This document shows, one piece after another, positions 27,101 to 42,200 of a stretch of DNA of 64,000 bases. Source of the DNA: Antedon mediterranea (lineage: Eukaryota; Animalia; Echinodermata); NCBI RefSeq assembly GCF_964355755.1, contig NC_092675.1, positions 13,488,912-13,552,911 of the forward strand, read 5' to 3'. The notes beneath the pieces were generated by a model. That model was not told the DNA's origin, ran no database searches, and saw nothing but the letters and a program-made list of their open reading frames with translations. Position numbers and translations under genes: made by a program. How positions within the stretch are numbered: the stretch's first letter is position 1; each line of letters starts with the position of its first letter.

Positions 27101-29230
27101 CGTTTTAGACCATTTTGTGATTTTCGAAAAAACTTGTTAACATAAAAACACGAAAGTGCTTAGAATAGCTTCAAATCACATTTGGAGACGTTTTAGACCA
27201 TTTTGTGATTTTTGAAAAAACTTGTTAACATAAAAACACGAAAGTGCTTAGAAAAACTTCAAATCGCATTTGGAAACGTTTTAGACCAATTTGTGCATTT
27301 CGATGAAACTTGATTACACAAAAACATCAAAGTGCTTAAAATCACATTATAAACCGTTTTAGACCATTTTGAGCATTTCGATAACACTTTTCACACAAAA
27401 ACATTAAAGAGCACAAAATAGCTTAATATCGTATTTAAAAACGTTTTAGACCATTTTGAGCATTTAGACAAAACTTTTTCACACAAAACACCAAAGTGCT
27501 TAGAATAGCTTCAAATCGCATTTGGAGACGTTTTAGACCATTTTGTGCATTTCGATGAAACTTGGTTACACAAAAACATCAAAGTGCTTAAAATCACATT
27601 ATAAATCGTTTTAGACCATTTTGAGCATTTCGACAAAACTTTTTCACACAAAATACCAAAGTGCTTAGAATAGCTTCAAATCGCATTTCGAGACGTTTTA
27701 GACCATTTTGTGATTTTCGAAAAAACTTTTTAACATAAAAACACCAAAGTGCTTAGAATAGCTTCAAATCACATTTGGAGACATTTTAGACCATTTTGTG
27801 ATTTTCAAAAAAACTTGTTAACATAAAAACACGAAAGTTCTTAGAATAGCTTCAAATCGCATTTGGAAACGTTTTAGACCATTTTGTGATTTTCGAAAAA
27901 AATTGTTAACATAAAAACACCAAAGTGCTTAGAATCACATTATAAACCGTTTTAGACCATTTTGAGCATTTCGATAACAATTTTCACACAAAAACATCAA
28001 AGAGCACAAAATAGCTTAATATCGTATTTAAAAATGTTTTAGACCATTTTGAGCATTTAGATAAAACTTTTTCACACAAAACACCAAAGTGCTTAGAATA
28101 GCTTCAAATCGCATTTGGAGACGTTTTAGACCATTTTGTGATTTTTGAAAAAACTTGTTAACATAAAAACACCAAAGTGCTTAGAATAGCTTCAAATCAC
28201 ATTTTGATACGTTTTAGCCCATTTTGTGATTTTCGAAAAAACTTGTTAACATAAAAACACGAAAGTGCTTAGAATAGCTTCAAATCACATTTGGAGACGT
28301 TTTAGACCATTTTGTGATTTTTGAAAAAACTTGTTAACATAAAAACACGAAAGTGCTTAGAATAGCTTCAAATCGCATTTGGAAACGTTTTAGACCATTT
28401 TGTGATTTTCGAAAAAGATTGTTAACATAAAAACACCAAAGTGCTTAGAATCACATTATAAACCGTTTTAGACCATTTTGAGCATTTCGATAACAATTTT
28501 CACACAAAAACATCAAAGAGCACAAAATAGCTTAATATCGTATTTAAAAATGTTTTAGACCATTTTGAGCATTTAGATAAAACTTTTTCACACAAAACAC
28601 CAAAGTGCTTAGAATAGCTTCAAATCGCATTTGGAGACGGTTTAGACCATTTTGTGATTTTGAAAAAACTTGTTAACATAAAAACACCAAAGTGCTTAGA
28701 ATAGCTTCAAATCGCATTTGGAGACGTTTTAGACCATTTTGTGATTTTCGAAAAAACTTGTTAACATAAAAACACCAAAGTGCTTAGAATAGCTTCAAAT
28801 CGTATTTGGAGACGTTTTAGACCATTTTGAGATTTTCGAAAAAACTTGGTTACACAAAAACATCAAAGTGCTTAAAATCACATTATAAACCGTTTTAGAC
28901 CATTTTGAGCATTTCGATAACACTTTTCACACAAAAACATCAAAGAGCACAAAATAGCTTAATATCGTATTTAAAAACGTTTTAGACCATTTTGAGCATT
29001 TCGACAAAACTTTTTCACACAAAACACCAAAGTGCTTAGAATAGCTTCAAATCGCATTTGGAGACGTTTTAGACCAATTTGTGATTTTTGAAAAAACTTG
29101 TTAACATAAAAACACCAAAGTGCTTAGAATAGCTTCAAATCACATTTGGAGACGTTTTAGACCATTTTGTGATTTTCGAAAAAACTTGTTAACATAAAAA
29201 CACGAAAGTGCTTAGAATAGCTTCAAATCG
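21165..29230. repeat. Internal ~2.5-kb direct duplication within the macro-unit (~21,165-23,665 vs ~26,730-29,230; offset 5565)
   Basis: CATTAAAG 21,840/27,405; TTTTGATACGTTTTAGCCC 22,641/28,206; AAGTTCTT and TTTTCAAAAAAA variants shared. Confidence 0.85.
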
Positions 29231-32200
29231 CCTTTGGAAACGTTTTAGACCATTTTGTGATTTTCGAAAAAACTTGTTAACATAAAAACACGAAAGTGCT
29301 TAGAATCACTTTATAAACCGTTTTAGACCATTTTGAGCATTTCGATAACAATTTTCACACAAAAACATCAAAGAGCACAAAATAGCTTAATATCGTATTT
29401 AAAAATGTTTTAGACCATTTTGAGCATTTAGATAAAACTTTTTCACACAAAACACCAAAGTGCTTAGAATAGCTTCAAATCGCATTTGGAGACGTTTTAG
29501 ACCATTTTGTGATTTTTGAAAAAACTTGTTAACATAAAAAAACCAAAGTGCTTAGAATAGCTTCAAATCACATTTGGAGATGTTTTAGACCATTTTGTGA
29601 TTTTTGAAAAAACTTGTTAACATAAAAACACGAAAGTGCTTAGAATAGCTTCAAATCGCATTTGGAAACGTTTTAGACCATTTTGTGATTTTCGAAAAAT
29701 ATTGTTAACATAAAAACACCAATGTGCTTAGAATCACATTATAAACCGTTTTAGACCATTTTGAGCATTTCGATAACAATTTTCACACAAAAACATCAAA
29801 GAGCACAAAATAGCTTAATATCGTATTTATAAATGTTTTAGACCATTTTGAGCATTTCGACAAAACTTTTTCACACAAAACACCAAAGTGCTTAGAATAG
29901 CTTCAAATCGCATTTGGAGACGTTTTTTATACCATTTTGTGATTTCGATGAAACTTGATTACACAAAAACATCAAAGTGCTTAAAATCACATTATAAACC
30001 GTTTTAGACCATTTTGAGCATTTCGATAACACTTTTCACACAAAAACATCAAAGAGCACAAAATAGCTTAATATCGTATTTAAAAACGTTTTAGACCATT
30101 TTGAGCATTTAGACAAAACTTTTTCACACAAAACACCAAAGTGCTTAGAATAGCTTCAAATCGCATTTGGAGACGTTTTAGAACATTTTGTGTTTTTCGA
30201 AAAAAACTGTTAACATAAAAACACCAAAGTGCTTAGAATAGCTTCAAATCGCATTTGGAGACGTTTTAGACCATTTTGTGATTTTTGAAAAAACTTGTTA
30301 ACATAAAAACACCAAAGTGCTTAGAATAGCTTCAAATCACATTTGGAGACGTTTTAGACCATTTTGTGATTTTCGAAAAAACTTGTTAACATAAAAACAC
30401 GAAAGTGCTTAGAATAGCTTCAAATCGCATTTGGAAACGTTTTAGACCATTTTGTGATTTTCGAAAAAGATTGTTAACATAAAAACACCAAAGTGCTTAG
30501 AATCACAATATAAACCGTTTTAGACCATTTTGAGCATTTCGATAACAATTTTCACACAAAAACATCAAAGAGCACAAAATAGCTTAATATCGTATTTAAA
30601 AATGTTTTAGACCATTTTGAGCATTTAGATAAAACTTTTTCACACAAAACACCAAAGTGCTTAGAATAGCTTCAAATCGCATTTGGAGACGTTTTAGACC
30701 ATTTTGTGATTTTCGAAAAAACTTGTTAACATAAAAACACCAAAGTGCTTAGAATAGCTTCAAATCGTATTTGGAGACGTTTTAGACCATTTTGAGATTT
30801 TCGAAAAAACTTGGTTACACAAAAACATCAAAGTGCTTAAAATCACATTATAAACCGTTTTAGACCATTTTGAGCATTTCGATAACACTTTTCACACAAA
30901 AACATCAAAGAGCACAAAATAGCTTAATATCGTATTTAAAAACGTTTTAGACCATTTTGAGCATTTCGACAAAACTTTTTCACACAAAACACCAAAGTGC
31001 TTAGAATAGCTTCAAATCGCATTTGGAGACGTTTTAGACCAATTTGTGCATTTCGATGAAACTTGATTACACAAAAACATCAAAGTGCTTAAAATCACAT
31101 TATAAACCGTTTTAGACCATTTTGAGCATTTCGATAACACTTTTCACACAAAAACATCAAAGAGCACAAAATAGCTTAATATCGTATTTAAAAACGTTTT
31201 AGACCATTTTGAGCATTTAGACAAAACTTTTTCACACAAAACACCAAAGTGCTTAGAATAGCTTCAAATCGCATTTGGAGACGTTTTAGACCATTTTGTG
31301 CATTTCGATGAAACTTGGTTACACAAAAACATCAAAGTGCTTAAAATCACATTATAAATCGTTTTAGACCATTTTGAGCATTTCGACAAAACTTTTTCAC
31401 ACAAAATACCAAAGTGCTTAAAATAGCTTCAAATCGCATTTCGAGACGTTTTAGACCATTTTGTGATTTTCGAAAAAACTTTTTAACATAAAAACACCAA
31501 AGTGCTTAGAATAGCTTCAAATCACATTTGGAGACATTTTAGACCATTTTGTGATTTTCGAAAAAACTTGTTAACATAAAAACACGAAAGTGCTTAGAAT
31601 ATCTTCAAATCGCATTTGGAAACGTTTTAGACCATTTTGTGATTTTCGAAAAAAATTGTTAACATAAAAACACCAAAGTGCTTAGAATCACATTATAAAC
31701 CGTTTTAGACCATTTTGAGCATTTCGATAACAATTTTCACACAAAAACATCAAAGAGCACAAAATAGCTTAATATCGTATTTAAAAATGTTTTAGACCAT
31801 TTTGAGCATTTAGATAAGACTTTTTCACACAAAACACCAAAGTCCTTAGAATAGCTTCAAATCGCATTTGGAGACGTTTTAGACCATTTTGTGATTTTTT
31901 AAAAAACTTGTTAACATAAAAACACCAAAGTGCTTAGAATAGCTTCAAATCACATTTGGAGACGTTTTAGACCATTTTGTGATTTTCGAAAAAACTTTTT
32001 AACATAAAAACACCAAAGTGCTTAGAATAGCTTCAAATCACATTTGGAGACGTTTTAGACCATTTTGTGATTTTTGAAAAAGATTGTTAACATAAAAACA
32101 CCAAAGTGCTTAGAATCACATTATAAACCGTTTTAGACCATTTTGAGCATTTCGATAACAATTTTCACACAAAAACATCAAAGAGCACAAAATAGCTTAA

Positions 32201-35200
32201 TATCGTATTTAAAAATGTTTTAGACCATTTTGAGCATTTAGATAAAACTTTTTCACACAAAACACCAAAGTGCTTAGAATAGCTTCAAATCGCATTTGGA
32301 GACGGTTTAGACCATTTTGTGATTTTGAAAAAACTTGTTAACATAAAACACCAAAGTGCTTAGAATAGCTTCAAATCGCATTTGGAGACGTTTTAGACCA
32401 TTTTGTGATTTTCGAAAAAACTTGTTAACATAAAAACACCAAAGTGCTTAGAATAGCTTCAAATCGTATTTGGAGACGTTTTAGACCATTTTGAGATTTT
32501 CGAAAAAACTTGGTTACACAAAAACATCAAAGTGCTTAAAATCACATTATAAACCGTTTTAGACCATTTTGAGCATTTCGATAACACTTTTCACACAAAA
32601 ACATCAAAGAGCACAAAATAGCTTAATATCGTATTTAAAAACGTTTTAGACCATTTTGAGCATTTCGACAAAACTTTTTCACACAAAACACCAAAGTGCT
32701 TAGAATAGCTTCAAATCGCATTTGGAGACGTTTTAGACCAATTTGTGCATTTCAATGAAACTTGATTACACAAAAACATCAAAGTGCTTAAAATCACATT
32801 ATAAACCGTTTTAGACCATTTTGAGCATTTCGATAACACTTTTCACACAAAAACATCAAAGAGCACAAAATAGCTTAATATCGTATTTAAAAACGTTTTA
32901 GACCATTTTGAGCATTTAGACAAAACTTTTTCACACAAAAAACCAAAGTGCTTAGAATAGCTTCAAATCGCAATTGGAGACGTTTTAGACCATTTTGTGC
33001 ATTTCGATGGAACTTGGTTACACAAAAACATCAAAGTGCTTAAAATCACATTATAAATCGTTTTAGACCATTTTGAGCATTTCGACAAAACTTTTTCACA
33101 CAAAATACAAAAGTGCTTAGAATAGCTTCAAATCGCATTTGGAGACGTTTTAGACCATTTTGTGATTTTCGAAAAAACTTTTTAACATAAAAACACCAAA
33201 GTGCTTAGAATAGCTTCAAATCACATTTGGAGACGTTTTAGACCATTTTGTGATTTTCGAAAAAACTTGTTAACATAAAAACACGAAAGTGCTTAGAATA
33301 GCTTCAAATCGCATTTAGAAACGTTTTAGACCATTTTGTGATTTTCGAAAAAAATTGTTAACATAAAAACACCAAAGTGCTTAGAATCACATTATAAACC
33401 GTTTTAGACCATTTTGAGCATTTCGATAACAATTTTCACACAAAAACATCAAAGAGCACAAAATAGCTTAATATCGTATTTAAAAATGTTTTAGACCATT
33501 TTGAGCATTTAGATAAAACTTTTTCACACAAAACACCAAAGTGCTTAGAATAGCTTCAAATCGCATTTGGAGACGTTTTAGACCAATTTGTGATTTTTGA
33601 AAAAACTTGTTAACATAAAAACACCAAAGTGCTTAGAATAGCTTCAAATCACATTTGGAGACGTTTTAGACCATTTTGTGATTTTGAACAAACTTGTTAA
33701 CATAAAAACACCAAAGTGCTTAGAATAGCTTCAAATCGCATTTGGAGACGTTTTAGACCATTTTGTGATTTTCGAAAAAACTTGTTAACATAAAAACACC
33801 AAAGTGCTTAGAATAGCTTCAAATCGTATTTGGAGACGTTTTAGACCATTTTGAGATTTTCGAAAAAACTTGGTTACACAAAAACATCAAAGTGCTTAAA
33901 ATCACATTATAAACCGTTTTAGACCATTTTGAGCATTTCGATAACACTTTTCACACAAAAACATCAAAGAGCACAAAATAGCTTAATATCGTATTTAAAA
34001 ACGTTTTAGACCATTTTGAGCATTTCGACAAAACTTTTTCACACAAAACACCAAAGTGCTTAGAATAGCTTCAAATCGCATTTGGAGACGTTTTAGACCA
34101 ATTTGTGCATTTCGATGAAACTTGATTACACAAAAACATCAAAGTGCTTAAAATCACATTATAAACCGTTTTAGACCATTTTGAGCATTTCGATAACACT
34201 TTTCACACAAAAACATCAAAGAGCACAAAATAGCTTAATATCGTATTTAAAAACGTTTTAGACCATTTTGAGCATTTAGACAAAACTTTTTCACACAAAA
34301 CACCAAAGTGCTTAGAATAGCTTCAAATCGCATTTGGAGACGTTTTAGACCATTTTGTGCATTTCGATGAAACTTGGTTACACAAAAACATCAAAGTGCT
34401 TAAAATCACATTATAAATCGTTTTAGACCATTTTGAGCATTTCGACAAAACTTTTTCACACAAAATACCAAAGTGCTTAGAATAGCTTCAAATCGCATTT
34501 CGAGACGTTCTAGACCATTTTGTGATTTTCGAAAAAACTTTTTAACATAAAAACACCAAAGTGCTTAGAATAGCTTCAAATCACATTTGGAGACATTTTA
34601 GACCATTTTGTGATTTTCGAAAAAACTTGTTAACATAAAAACACGAAAGTGCTTAGAATAGCTTCAAATCGCATTTGAAGACGTTTTAGACCAATTTGTG
34701 ATTTTTGAAAAAACTTGTTAACATAAAAACACCAAAGTGCTTAGAATAGCTTCAAATCACATTTGGAGACGTTTTAGCCCATTTTGTGATTTTGAACAAA
34801 CTTGTTAACATAAAAACACCAAAGTGCTTAGAATAGCTTCAAATCGCATTTGGAGACGTCTTAGACCATTTTGTGATTTTCGAAAAAACTTGTTAACATA
34901 AAAACACCAAAGTGCTTAAAATCACATTATAAACCGTTTTAGACCATTTTGAGTATTTCGATAACACTTTTCACACAAAAACATCAAAGAGCACAAAATA
35001 GCTTAATATCGTATTTAAAAACGTTTTAGACCATTTTGAGCATTTCGACAAAACTTTTTCACACAAAACACCAAAGTGCTTAGAATAGCTTCAAATCGCA
35101 TTTGGAGACGTTTTAGACCAATTTGTGCATTTCGATGAAACTTGATTACACAAAAACATCAAAGTGCTTAAAATCACATTATAAACCGTTTTAGACCATT

Positions 35201-35708
35201 TTGAGCATTTCGATAACACTTTTCACACAAAAACATCAAAGAGCACAAAATAGCTTAATATCGTATTTAAAAACGTTTTAGACCATTTTGAGCATTTAGA
35301 CAAAACTTTTTCACACAAAACACCAAAGTGCTTAGAATAGCTTCAAATCGCATTTGGAGACGTTTTAGACCATTTTGTGCATTTCGATGAAACTTGGTTA
35401 CACAAAAACATCAAAGTGCTTAAAATCACATTATAAATCGTTTTAGACCATTTTGAGCATTTCGACAAAACTTTTTCACACAAAATACCAAAGTGCTTAG
35501 AATAGCTTCAAATCGCATTTCGAGACGTTTTAGACCATTTTGTGATTTTCGAAAAAACTTTTTAACATAAAAACACCAAAGTGCTTAGAATAGCTTCAAA
35601 TCACATTTGGAGACATTTTAGACCATTTTGTGATTTTCGAAAAAACTTGTTAACATAAAAACACGAAAGTGCTTAGAATAGCTTCAAATCGCATTTGGAA
35701 ACGTTTTA

Positions 35709-36212
35709 GACCATTTTGTGATTTTCGAAAAAAATTGTTAACATAAAAACACCAAAGTGCTTAGAATCACATTATAAACCGTTTTAGACCATTTTGAGCA
35801 TTTCGATAACAATTTTCACACAAAAACATCAAAGAGCACAAAATAGCTTAATATCGTATTTAAAAATGTTTTAGACCATTTTGAGCATTTAGATAAAACT
35901 TTTTCACACAAAACACCAAAGTGCTTAGAATAGCTTCAAATCGCATTTGGAAACGTTTTAGACCATTTTGTGATTTTCGAAAAAAATTGTTAACATAAAA
36001 ACACCAAAGTGCTTAGAATCACATTATAAACCGTTTTAGACCAATTTGAGCATTTCGATAACAATTTTCACACAAAAACATCAAAGAGCACAAAATAGCT
36101 TAATATCGTATTTAAAAATGTTTTAGACCATTTTGAGCATTTAGATAAAACTTTTTCACACAAAACACCAAAGTGCTTAGAATAGCTTCAAATCGCATTT
36201 GGAGACGTTTTA
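35709..36212. repeat. Tandemly duplicated 252-bp D1-B-C trimer (also at 51,674-52,177 and 61,184-61,687)
   Basis: D1 starts at 35,709 and 35,961; the intervening C monomer ends in GGAAACG, the tail normally found on the A monomer before D1. Confidence 0.85.
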
Positions 36213-39200
36213 GACCATTTTGTGATTTTTGAAAAAAACTTGTTAACATAAAAACACCAAAGTGCTTAGAATAGCTTCAAATCGCATTTGGAGACGTTTT
36301 AGACCATTTTGTGATTTTCGAAAAAACTTTTTAACATAAAAACACCAAAGTGCTTAGAATAGCTTCAAATCACATTTGGAGACGTTTTAGACCATTTTGT
36401 GATTTTTGAAAAAACTTGTTAACATAAAAACACGAAAGTGCTTAGAATAGCTTCAAATCGCATTTGGAAACGTTTTAGACCATTTTGTGATTTTCGAAAA
36501 AGATTGTTAACATAAAAACACCAAAGTGTTTAGAATAGCTTCAAATCGCATTTGGAGACGGTTTAGACCATTTTGTGATTTTGAAAAAACTTGTTAACAT
36601 AAAAACACCAAAGTGCTTAGAATAGCTTCAAATCGCATTTGGAGACGTTTTAGACCATTTTGTGATTTTCGAAAAAACTTGTTAACATAAAAACACCAAA
36701 GTGCTTAGAATAGCTTCAAATCGTATTTGGAGACGTTTTAGACCATTTTGAGATTTTCGAAAAAACTTGGTTACACAAAAACATCAAAGTGCTTAAAATC
36801 ACATTATAAACCGTTTTAGACCATTTTGAGCATTTCGATAACACTTTTCACACAAAAACATCAAAGAGCACAAAATAGCTTAATATCGTATTTAAAAACG
36901 TTTTAGACCATTTTGAGCATTTCGACAAAACTTTTTCACACAAAACACCAAAGTGCTTAGAATAGCTTCAAATCGCAATTGGAGACGTTTTAGACCAATT
37001 TGTGCATTTCGATGAAACTTGATTACACAAAAACATCAAAGTGCTTAAAATCACATTATAAACCGTTTTAGACCATTTTGAGCATTTCGATAACACTTTT
37101 CACACAAAAACATCAAAGAGCACAAAATAGCTTAATATCGTATTTAAAAATGTTTTAGACCATTTTGAGCATTTAGATAAAACTTTTTCACACAAAACAC
37201 CAAAGTGCTTAGAATAGCTTCAAATCGCATTTGGAGACGTTTTAGACCATTTTGTGATTTTTGAAAAAACTTGTTAACATAAAAACACCAAAGTGCTTAG
37301 AATAGCTTCAAATCACATTTGGAGACGTTTTAGACCATTTTGTGATTTTCGAAAAAACTTGTTAACATAAAAACACGAAAGTGCTTAGAATAGCTTCAAA
37401 TCGCATTTGGAAACGTTTTAGACCATTTTGTGATTTTCGAAAAAACTTGTTAACATAAAAACACGAAAGTGCTTAGAATAGCTTCAAATCGCATTTGGAG
37501 ACGTTTTAGACCATTTTGTGATTTTCGAAAAAACTTGTTAACATAAAAACACGAAAGTGCTTAGAATAGCTTCAAATCACATTTGGAGACGTTTTAGACC
37601 ATTTTGTGATTTTTGAAAAAACTTGTTAACATAAAAACACGAAAGTGCTTAGAATAGCTTCAAATCGCATTTGGAAACGTTTTAGACCAATTTGTGCATT
37701 TCGATGAAACTTGATTACACAAAAACATCAAAGTGCTTAAAATCACATTATAAACCGTTTTAGACCATTTTGAGCATTTCGATAACACTTTTCACACAAA
37801 AACATTAAAGAGCACAAAATAGCTTAATATCGTATTTAAAAACGTTTTAGACCATTTTGAGCATTTAGACAAAACTTTTTCACACAAAACACCAAAGTGC
37901 TTAGAATAGCTTCAAATCGCATTTGGAGACGTTTTAGACCATTTTGTGCATTTCGATGAAACTTGGTTACACAAAAACATCAAAGTGCTTAAAATCACAT
38001 TATAAATCGTTTTAGACCATTTTGAGCATTTCGACAAAACTTTTTCACACAAAATACCAAAGTGCTTAGAATAGCTTCAAATCGCATTTCGAGACGTTTT
38101 AGACCATTTTGTGATTTTCGAAAAAACTTTTTAACATAAAAACACCAAAGTGCTTAGAATAGCTTCAAATCACATTTGGAGACATTTTAGACCATTTTGT
38201 GATTTTCAAAAAAACTTGTTAACATAAAAACACGAAAGTTCTTAGAATAACTTCAAATCGCATTTGGAAACGTTTTAGACCATTTTGTGATTTTCGAAAA
38301 AAATTGTTAACATAAAAACACCAAAGTGCTTAGAATCACATTATAAACCGTTTTAGACCATTTTGAGCATTTCGATAACAATTTTCACACAAAAACATCA
38401 AAGAGCACAAAATAGCTTAATATCGTATTTAAAAATGTTTTAGACCATTTTGAGCATTTAGATAAAACTTTTTCACACAAAACACCAAAGTGCTTAGAAT
38501 AGCTTCAAATCGCATTTCGAGACGTTTTAGACCATTTTGTGATTTTTGAAAAAACTTGTTAACATAAAAACACCAAAGTGCTTAGAATAGCTTCAAATCA
38601 CATTTTGATACGTTTTAGCCCATTTTGTGATTTTCGAAAAAACATGTTAACATAAAAACACGAAAGTGCTTAGAATAGCTTCAAATCACATTTGGAGACG
38701 TTTTAGACCATTTTGTGATTTTTGAAAAAACTTGTTAACATAAAAACACGAAAGTGCTTAGAATAGCTTCAAATCGCATTTGGAAACGTTTTAGACCATT
38801 TTGTGATTTTCGAAAAAGATTGTTAACATAAAAACACCAAAGTGCTTAGAATCACATTATAAACCGTTTTAGACCATTTTGAGCATTTCGATAACAATTT
38901 TCACACAAAAACATCAAAGAGCACAAAATAGCTTAATATCGTATTTAAAAATGTTTTAGACCATTTTGAGCATTTAGATAAAACTTTTTCACACAAAACA
39001 CCAAAGTGCTTAGAATAGCTTCAAATCGCATTTGGAGACGGTTTAGACCATTTTGTGATTTTGAAAAAACTTGTTAACATAAAAACACCAAAGTGCTTAG
39101 AATAGCTTCAAATCGCATTTGGAGACGTTTTAGACCATTTTGTGATTTTCGAAAAAACTTGTTAACATAAAAACACCAAAGTGCTTAGAATAGCTTCAAA

Positions 39201-42200
39201 TCGTATTTGGAGACGTTTTAGACCATTTTGAGATTTTCGAAAAAACTTGGTTACACAAAAACATCAAAGTGCTTAAAATCACATTATAAACCGTTTTAGA
39301 CCATTTTGAGCATTTCGATAACACTTTTCACACAAAAACATCAAAGAGCACAAAATAGCTTAATATCGTATTTAAAAACGTTTTAGACCATTTTGAGCAT
39401 TTCGACAAAACTTTTTCACACAAAACACCAAAGTGCTTAGAATAGCTTCAAATCGCATTTGGAGACGTTTTAGACCAATTTGTGATTTTTGAAAAAACTT
39501 GTTAACATAAAAACACCAAAGTGCTTAGAATAGCTTCAAATCACATTTGGAGACGTTTTAGACCATTTTGTGATTTTCGAAAAAACTTGTTAACATAAAA
39601 ACACGAAAGTGCTTAGAATAGCTTCAAATCGCATTTGGAGACGTTTTAGAACATTTTGTGTTTTTCGAAAAAAACTGTTAACATAAAAACACCAAAGTGC
39701 TTAGAATAGCTTCAAATCGCATTTGGAGACGTTTTAGACCATTTTGTGATTTTTGAAAAAACTTGTTAACATAAAAACACCAAAGTGCTTAGAATAGCTT
39801 CAAATCACATTTGGAGACGTTTTAGACCATTTTGTGATTTTCGAAAAAACTTGTTAACATAAAAACACGAAAGTGCTTAGAATAGCTTCAAATCGCATTT
39901 GGAAACGTTTTAGACCATTTTGTGATTTTCGAAAAAACTTGTTAACATAAAAACACCAAAGTGTTTAGAATAGCTTCAAATCGCATTTGGAGACGTTTTA
40001 GACCAATTTGTGATTTTCGAAAAAACTTATCAACATAAAAACACCAAAGTGCTTAGAATAGCTTCAAATCGCATTTGGAGACGGTTTAGACCATTTTGTG
40101 ATTTTGAAAAAACTTGTTAACATAAAAACACCAAAGTGCTTAGAATAGCTTCAAATCGCATTTGGAGACGTTTTAGACCATTTTGTGATTTTCGAAAAAA
40201 CTTGTTAACATAAAAACACCAAAGTGCTTAGAATAGCTTCAAATCGTATTTGGAGACGTTTTAGACCATTTTGAGATTTTCGAAAAAACTTGGTTACACA
40301 AAAACATCAAAGTGCTTAAAATCACATTATAAACCGTTTTAGACCATTTTGAACATTTCGATAACACTTTTCACACAAAAACATCAAAGAGCACAAAATA
40401 GCTTAATATCGTATTTAAAAACGTTTTGGACCATTTTGAGCATTTCGACAAAACTTTTTCACACAAAACACCAAAGTGCTTAGAATAGCTTCAAATCGCA
40501 TTTGGAGACGTTTTAGACCAATTTGTGCATTTCGATGAAACTTGATTACACAAAAACATCAACGTGCTTAAAATCACATTATAAACCGTTTTAGACCATT
40601 TTGAGCATTTCGATAACACTTTTCACACAAAAACATCAAAGAGCACAAAATAGCTTAATATCGTATTTAAAAACGTTTTAGACCATTTTGAGCCTTTAGA
40701 CAAAACTTTTTCACACAAAACACCAAAGTGCTTAGAATAGCTTCAAATCGCATTTGGAGACGTTTTAGACCATTTTGTGCATTTCGATGAAACTTGGTTA
40801 CACAAAAACATCAAAGTGCTTAAAATCACATTATAAATCGTTTTAGACCATTTTGAGGATTTCGACAAAACTTTTTCACACCAAATACCAAAGGGCTTAG
40901 AATAGCTTCAAATCGCATTTGGAGACGTTTTAGACCATTTTGTGATTTTCGAAAAAACTTTTTAACATAAAAACACCAAAGTGCTTAGAATAGCTTCAAA
41001 TCACATTTGGAGACGTTTTAGACCATTTTGTGATTTTCGAAAAAACTTGTTAACATAAAAACACGAAAGTGCTTAGAATAGCTTCAAATCGCAATTGGAA
41101 ACGTTTTAGACCATTTTGTGATTTTCGAAAAAAATTGTTAACATAAAAACACCAAAGTGCTTAGAATCACATTATAAACCGTTTTAGACCATTTTGAGCA
41201 TTTCGATAACAATTTTCACACAAAAACATCAAAGAGCACAAAATAGCTTAATATCGTATTTAAAAATGTTTTAGACCATTTTGAGCATTTAGATAAAACT
41301 TTTTCACACAAAACACCAAAGTGCTTAGAATAGCTTCAAATCGCATTTGGAGACGTTTTAGACCATTTTGTGATTTTTGAAAAAACTTGTTAACATAAAA
41401 ACACCAAAGTGTTTAGAATAGCTTCAAATCGCATTTGGAGACGTTTTAGACCAATTTGTGATTTTCGAAAAAACTTATCAACATAAAAACACCAAAGGGT
41501 TTAGAATAGCTTCAAATCGCATTTGGAGACGTTTTAGACCATTTTGTGATTTTGAAAAAACTTGTTAACATAAAAACACCAAAGTGCTTAGAATAGCTTC
41601 AAATCGCATTTGGAGACGTTTTAGACCATTTTGTGATTTTCGAAAAAACTTGTTAACATAAAAACACCAAAGTGCTTAGAATAGCTTCAAATCGTATTTG
41701 GAGACGTTTTAGACCATTTTGAGATTTTCGAAAAAACTTGGTTACACAAAAACATCAAAGTGCTTAAAATCACATTATAAACCGTTTTAGACCATTTTGA
41801 GTATTTCGATAACACTTTTCACACAAAAACATCAAAGAGCACAAAATAGCTTAATATCGTATTTAAAAACGTTTTAGACCATTTTGAGCATTTCGACAAA
41901 ACTTTTTCACACAAAACACCAAAGTGCTTAGAATAGCTTCAAATCGCATTTGGAGACGTTTTAGACCAATTTGTGCATTTCGATGAAACTTGATTACACA
42001 AAAACATCAAAGTGCTTAAAATCACATTATAAACCGTTTTAGACCATTTTGAGCATTTCGATAACACTTTTCACACAAAAACATCAAAGAGCACAAAATA
42101 GCTTAATATCGTATTTAAAAACGTTTTAGACCATTTTGAGCATTTAGACAAAACTTTTTCACACAAAACACCAAAGTGCTTAGAAAAGCTTCAAATCGCA

